A stretch of DNA of 60,839 nucleotides, filler included, from Candidatus Babelota bacterium (GTDB taxonomy: Bacteria; JAGOBX01): NCBI GenBank assembly GCA_017999075.1. It is 13 parts of 13 records of this genome, joined end to end, with 100 filler letters (N's around TTAATTAATTAA, not from the genome) between each part and the next. Parts side by side here need not be neighbours in the genome. Positions count along the whole stretch, not along the records: positions 56,369 to 60,839 come from JAGOBX010000343.1; 12 more parts are not named here. One strand, 5' to 3'. Shown in pieces: positions 57,551 through 60,839 of the stretch. Position 1 is the stretch's first letter. Every line of letters starts with the position of its first letter. Made by a program: the position numbers and the translations under genes. Under the pieces are notes generated by a model that worked only from the letters and a program-made list of their open reading frames with translations, did no database searches and had not been told where the DNA came from.

Positions 57551-57649
57551 AACATTTATTGTTTATAACATAGCATAAAATCTATCAAATAAAAAAAATT
57601 AAATATCCGTAAATTAAAATAAAGTTATGTATTTCCATATTTATTTTCA

Positions 57650-58582
57650 CTATACATTATTTAATGCTAAACCGTTTATAAAACTTTTGGAATCCATTCG
57701 TTTTTTCCCTTCAACCTGCAAATCAAGAATTTCAATCAAGCCATCCGAACATTTTGCCAGTATTTTTTTTTCATAAACGAATATTTCTCCAATTTTATAA
57801 TCTTGCATATTACCTCCGTCAAACAACACGGCATTATAAACTTTCAAAACTTTATTTTTAAAAATCGTCCATGCTGCAGGAACCGGACTTAATCCGCGTA
57901 TATAAGAAATAACTTTTCCCGAAGAATTGTCAAACTGAATTTTACAAAATTCACGCGTAATTTTTGTGGTGAACGTAACTTTAGATTCATCCTGTGAAAA
58001 ACAATGAACATTATCATTTTTCAAGTCATCCAGAAATTTTTTCAAACCAGTTACGGCTAAATCCTGTAATTTCAAATATAAACTCCCAAAATTATCATTT
58101 TCTGAAATTGAGGTTTTAATTTGAGTTAGTATATCTCCTGAATCAAGTTTCTCGAAAATTTTTATTATACTGATTCCTGTTTCATTTTCCCCATTAAAAA
58201 CAGCAAAATTTATAGGAGCAGCTCCTCTGTAAGCAGGCAGCAATGAAGCGTGAATATTAATCCATTTTCCAGGAAACGCTTCAAGAAGAAACGGTTTTAT
58301 TATATGCCCGAACGAAACTACAAGTATAATGTCAGGATTCAGTTTATTAAGCAAATCTAAAGTTTCCTGAGAATTAAAATTTTCAGGCTGATACAAAAAA
58401 ATATTATTTTCCAATGCAATTTTTTTTACAGGAGTCATAGTATTTTTCATACCTCTTCCTGCAGGTTTATCAGGATTAGTAATAACGCATAGAAGTTCTT
58501 CTTCTTTTATTAAATAATCAAGACATTTAATCCCAAAATCAGAGCTTCCGGCAAAAACAATTCTCATAAACTTACCTGTCAA
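57650..58582 (-). CDS. fmt: Methionyl-tRNA formyltransferase
   Basis: RIVFAGS, PDKPAGRG, NIHASLLPAYRGAAPI, LDSGDI. Confidence 0.96.
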   Translation of the reverse strand: MTGKFMRIVFAGSSDFGIKCLDYLIKEEELLCVITNPDKPAGRGMKNTMTPVKKIALENNIFLYQPENFNSQETLDLLNKLNPDIILVVSFGHIIKPFLLEAFPGKWINIHASLLPAYRGAAPINFAVFNGENETGISIIKIFEKLDSGDILTQIKTSISENDNFGSLYLKLQDLAVTGLKKFLDDLKNDNVHCFSQDESKVTFTTKITREFCKIQFDNSSGKVISYIRGLSPVPAAWTIFKNKVLKVYNAVLFDGGNMQDYKIGEIFVYEKKILAKCSDGLIEILDLQVEGKKRMDSKSFINGLALNNV

Positions 58583-59103
58583 TTTTTCAAAACTTTATTT
58601 TTTTTCATTAAATTTTCAATTGCTGATTTAAGCAATTCTTTTTCTTTTTTTTCAGCACGGTCCACAAACAGAATCCCATTCAAATGATCTATTTCGTGTT
58701 GAGCAACGCGCGCAGGCATACCTGTCAATCCTGAAATTTTCTGTTTTTTTCCGTCTATATCTTCGAATTCAACATCAATAACAGTAGGTCTCTTTATTTC
58801 TGTCCATACTTCAGGAACAGACAAACATCCTTCAGAAAAAAAATCTTCAACTCCATATTTTTTGAGAATTTTAGGATTTATCATCACCATTTTAAATTTA
58901 TATTCAGTTGATGCAAGGTCAATTATTATTACAGATTTAGATATCCCTATCTGAGGAGCGGCAAGACCAACTCCCTTCGCTTCTGCAAGAGTATCAAACA
59001 TATCGACAACCAATTGTTTTACACTCTTAGATATTTTAGATATTTTCTCGGACTTTTTCCTCAATATCGGATCTCCGCATATTTTTATCGGTTTTACAGT
59101 CAA
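58579..59103 (-). CDS. def: Peptide deformylase
   Basis: GVGLAAPQIG, EGCLS, QHEIDHLNG. Confidence 0.97.
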   Translation of the reverse strand: MTVKPIKICGDPILRKKSEKISKISKSVKQLVVDMFDTLAEAKGVGLAAPQIGISKSVIIIDLASTEYKFKMVMINPKILKKYGVEDFFSEGCLSVPEVWTEIKRPTVIDVEFEDIDGKKQKISGLTGMPARVAQHEIDHLNGILFVDRAEKKEKELLKSAIENLMKKNKVLKN

Positions 59104-59122
59104 AATTCACACCTCCGGATTT

Positions 59123-60157
59123 TTATTCTACAAGCATATTGCTGAATACAAGCAACGGGTTAACATTGCTTTTTAATAATTTTTCAGATTCAAAACAATT
59201 ATATAAAAATTTTTCCAATTCAAAAAAATTATAATATTCAGAAAGTTTAATTATTTCCTCCAAAAAATCAACATTCATAATAGATCCTGTTTCCTTAAAC
59301 GATTTGTAATACATCAAATCTCTAAAAAATGAACCTATTATTTCAATAAACATCACAGATATTTTATTTTTATCTATTTTCAATTCAGAATCGTCTTCTG
59401 TTTTTTCTTTTTTAACCTTAACTTCAGAAGCCACAGAATTCACATAATTATAAGTATCAAAAAAAGTTTTTTTTTCCAAACATAAAGTTAATCCGTTAAG
59501 AATATTCTGCCGCTTTTCAAGAGCATCAGTCTCATTCAATTTTAAGGCAAAATTTATTCTGCCTCCTGACAGCACCGACAGAATTTTTGATTTAACCGGA
59601 TCAATATTATTATATTTCATCAATCTATTCTCAATTTGTTTTACCGGCAGCGGTTTAAATTTTATAATTTGACAACGCGATAATATAGTCGGGAGAAGCT
59701 GAAAATGATTTGCAGTTACCAGTAAAAAAATAAATTTTTCCGGAGGTTCTTCAAGTATCTTTAAAAGCGCATTCATAGCTTCAGCGCGCATTTTCTCAAC
59801 AGGGTATATCAGACATACTTTATATTTACCTTCATTTGCCGAATATTTAGCAAATTCAAGTATTTCTTCTCTTATTTGATCAACTGAAATTGTTGTTTTG
59901 TCATCAGGGCAAGTAATTTCAAGGTTATCTACAAAAATATCCTGTTTTATTTTGTTACAATTTTTACAAATTCCGCATGGTTCTAATGTTCTTTCGGAAT
60001 TCAGACATTGAATTAAATTTATGAAATAACGCGCTATAAAAAGTTTACCAAGCCCTTCCTGCCCGGAAAAAATATAAGCATGTGCCAGCCGTTTTTGTGT
60101 GATTGAATTTTTTAAAAAATTAACTGCTGTCTGCTGATTATAATAATCCAAATTCAT
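59123..60157 (-). CDS. holB: DNA polymerase III delta' subunit
   Basis: AHAYIFSG..GLGK, CGICKNC, NALLKILEEPP, TILSRCQ. Confidence 0.92.
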   Translation of the reverse strand: MNLDYYNQQTAVNFLKNSITQKRLAHAYIFSGQEGLGKLFIARYFINLIQCLNSERTLEPCGICKNCNKIKQDIFVDNLEITCPDDKTTISVDQIREEILEFAKYSANEGKYKVCLIYPVEKMRAEAMNALLKILEEPPEKFIFLLVTANHFQLLPTILSRCQIIKFKPLPVKQIENRLMKYNNIDPVKSKILSVLSGGRINFALKLNETDALEKRQNILNGLTLCLEKKTFFDTYNYVNSVASEVKVKKEKTEDDSELKIDKNKISVMFIEIIGSFFRDLMYYKSFKETGSIMNVDFLEEIIKLSEYYNFFELEKFLYNCFESEKLLKSNVNPLLVFSNMLVE

Positions 60158-60839
60158 TATGTTTTCCCTGAATATTGTTTTGAGATACTTCTTAATTTTT
60201 CAATTTTATCTTCTATCTTAACATCATCAGTTTTATTTTGAATTATATAATTATTGTTATTTTCTTCAAAATTAGTGTTAGACTTTCCGTCAACATTATT
60301 ATTAGAATTATTTTTTAAATTATTCAAATATTCTCTATAATAATCGCTTGCTTTAGTCTGAGTATCATTGTCAAAATACGATTTTTTAACTTTTAAATGT
60401 ATTATGTATAAAACTAATGCAACTAATAAAGTCAATATAACAATCCCAATAATAATCCTGCTGGTATTCAAAAATATAGTCTTAAAAAATACTTTTAATG
60501 TTTTATTTTCTTTTTTATTTTCAGAGTTGTTTTCATTATAATCTTTCCCAGAATCCAAAATCGGATTTTTTTCAGGATTCAATATAACTTCATTTTCATT
60601 ATTTTCATTTTTTTTTAAAGAAACAGATTTTTTCAAATCAATATCACTATTCTTTAATTTTTCAATTTCTAAAAAATTTTCATTTATAAGTGTAGATTTA
60701 TCTAAAGTTACAAACGGAGGTTCCGGTGAAGACGGATAATCATAATTAAAATTAAGATATTCATTAGATTCAACTACATTGTTATCCATTTTAAGATTTT
60801 TTGATCTCACAGTTCTTGTTTCTTCTTTATTTATATTTA
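60157..60839 (-). CDS. Hypothetical single-pass membrane protein, probably 5' partial
   Basis: N/E-rich low-complexity ORF with one TM (IIIGIVILTLLVALVLYII). Confidence 0.55.
   Translation of the reverse strand, partial: NINKEETRTVRSKNLKMDNNVVESNEYLNFNYDYPSSPEPPFVTLDKSTLINENFLEIEKLKNSDIDLKKSVSLKKNENNENEVILNPEKNPILDSGKDYNENNSENKKENKTLKVFFKTIFLNTSRIIIGIVILTLLVALVLYIIHLKVKKSYFDNDTQTKASDYYREYLNNLKNNSNNNVDGKSNTNFEENNNNYIIQNKTDDVKIEDKIEKLRSISKQYSGKT

Overview
This window is not one locus. It is 13 unrelated ~4.5-4.7 kb draft contigs of an AT-rich bacterium, probably a MAG; flagellar, type IV pilus and outer-membrane barrel genes suggest a motile diderm. The contigs are joined by 100-nt N44-TTAATTAATTAA-N44 linkers, with two extra 100-N scaffold gaps, so gene neighbourhoods only hold within a contig. 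Contents by contig: (1) a >1,560-codon reading frame missed by the ORF track (discoidin domain, helical repeats, bulb-lectin-like domains); (2) STAS fusion, ABC transporter and a TraB-like hypothetical; (3) TPR/tectonin lectin, a ~237-bp tandem array of tripartite hairpin motifs, a ricin-lectin pseudogene and an SDR; (4) a pilM-pilN fusion with 53-aa Pro-rich repeats, pilO and a pilP-like gene; (5) nitroreductase, cheD, a collapsed type III R-M locus holding tandem hairpin-flanked GxxExxY units, and an Ig/dockerin protein; (6) ABC exporter and glycosyltransferases; (7) a defence-like island (DUF4062 fusion, MazG-like plus HNH, ORF6N); (8) PorV-like, FecR-Ig and beta-barrel genes; (9) rnfE, rnfA, folK, GT2, MATE, tRNA-Val and tRNA-Gln; (10) cyclic-peptide exporter, SPFH, DUF697, second exporter; (11) fliK end, flgD, TIGR02530, a structured leader and a 1,004-aa flgE; (12) antiporter, radical SAM, DUF4416; (13) PHP phosphatase, fmt, def, holB. 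The best candidates for undescribed biology are the tripartite-hairpin/GxxExxY cassette-like system, the TIGR02530 protein with the flgE leader RNA, the giant multi-lectin proteins, the exporter-SPFH-DUF697 module and the MazG-HNH pair. All family calls come from motif recognition by eye; no database searches were run.
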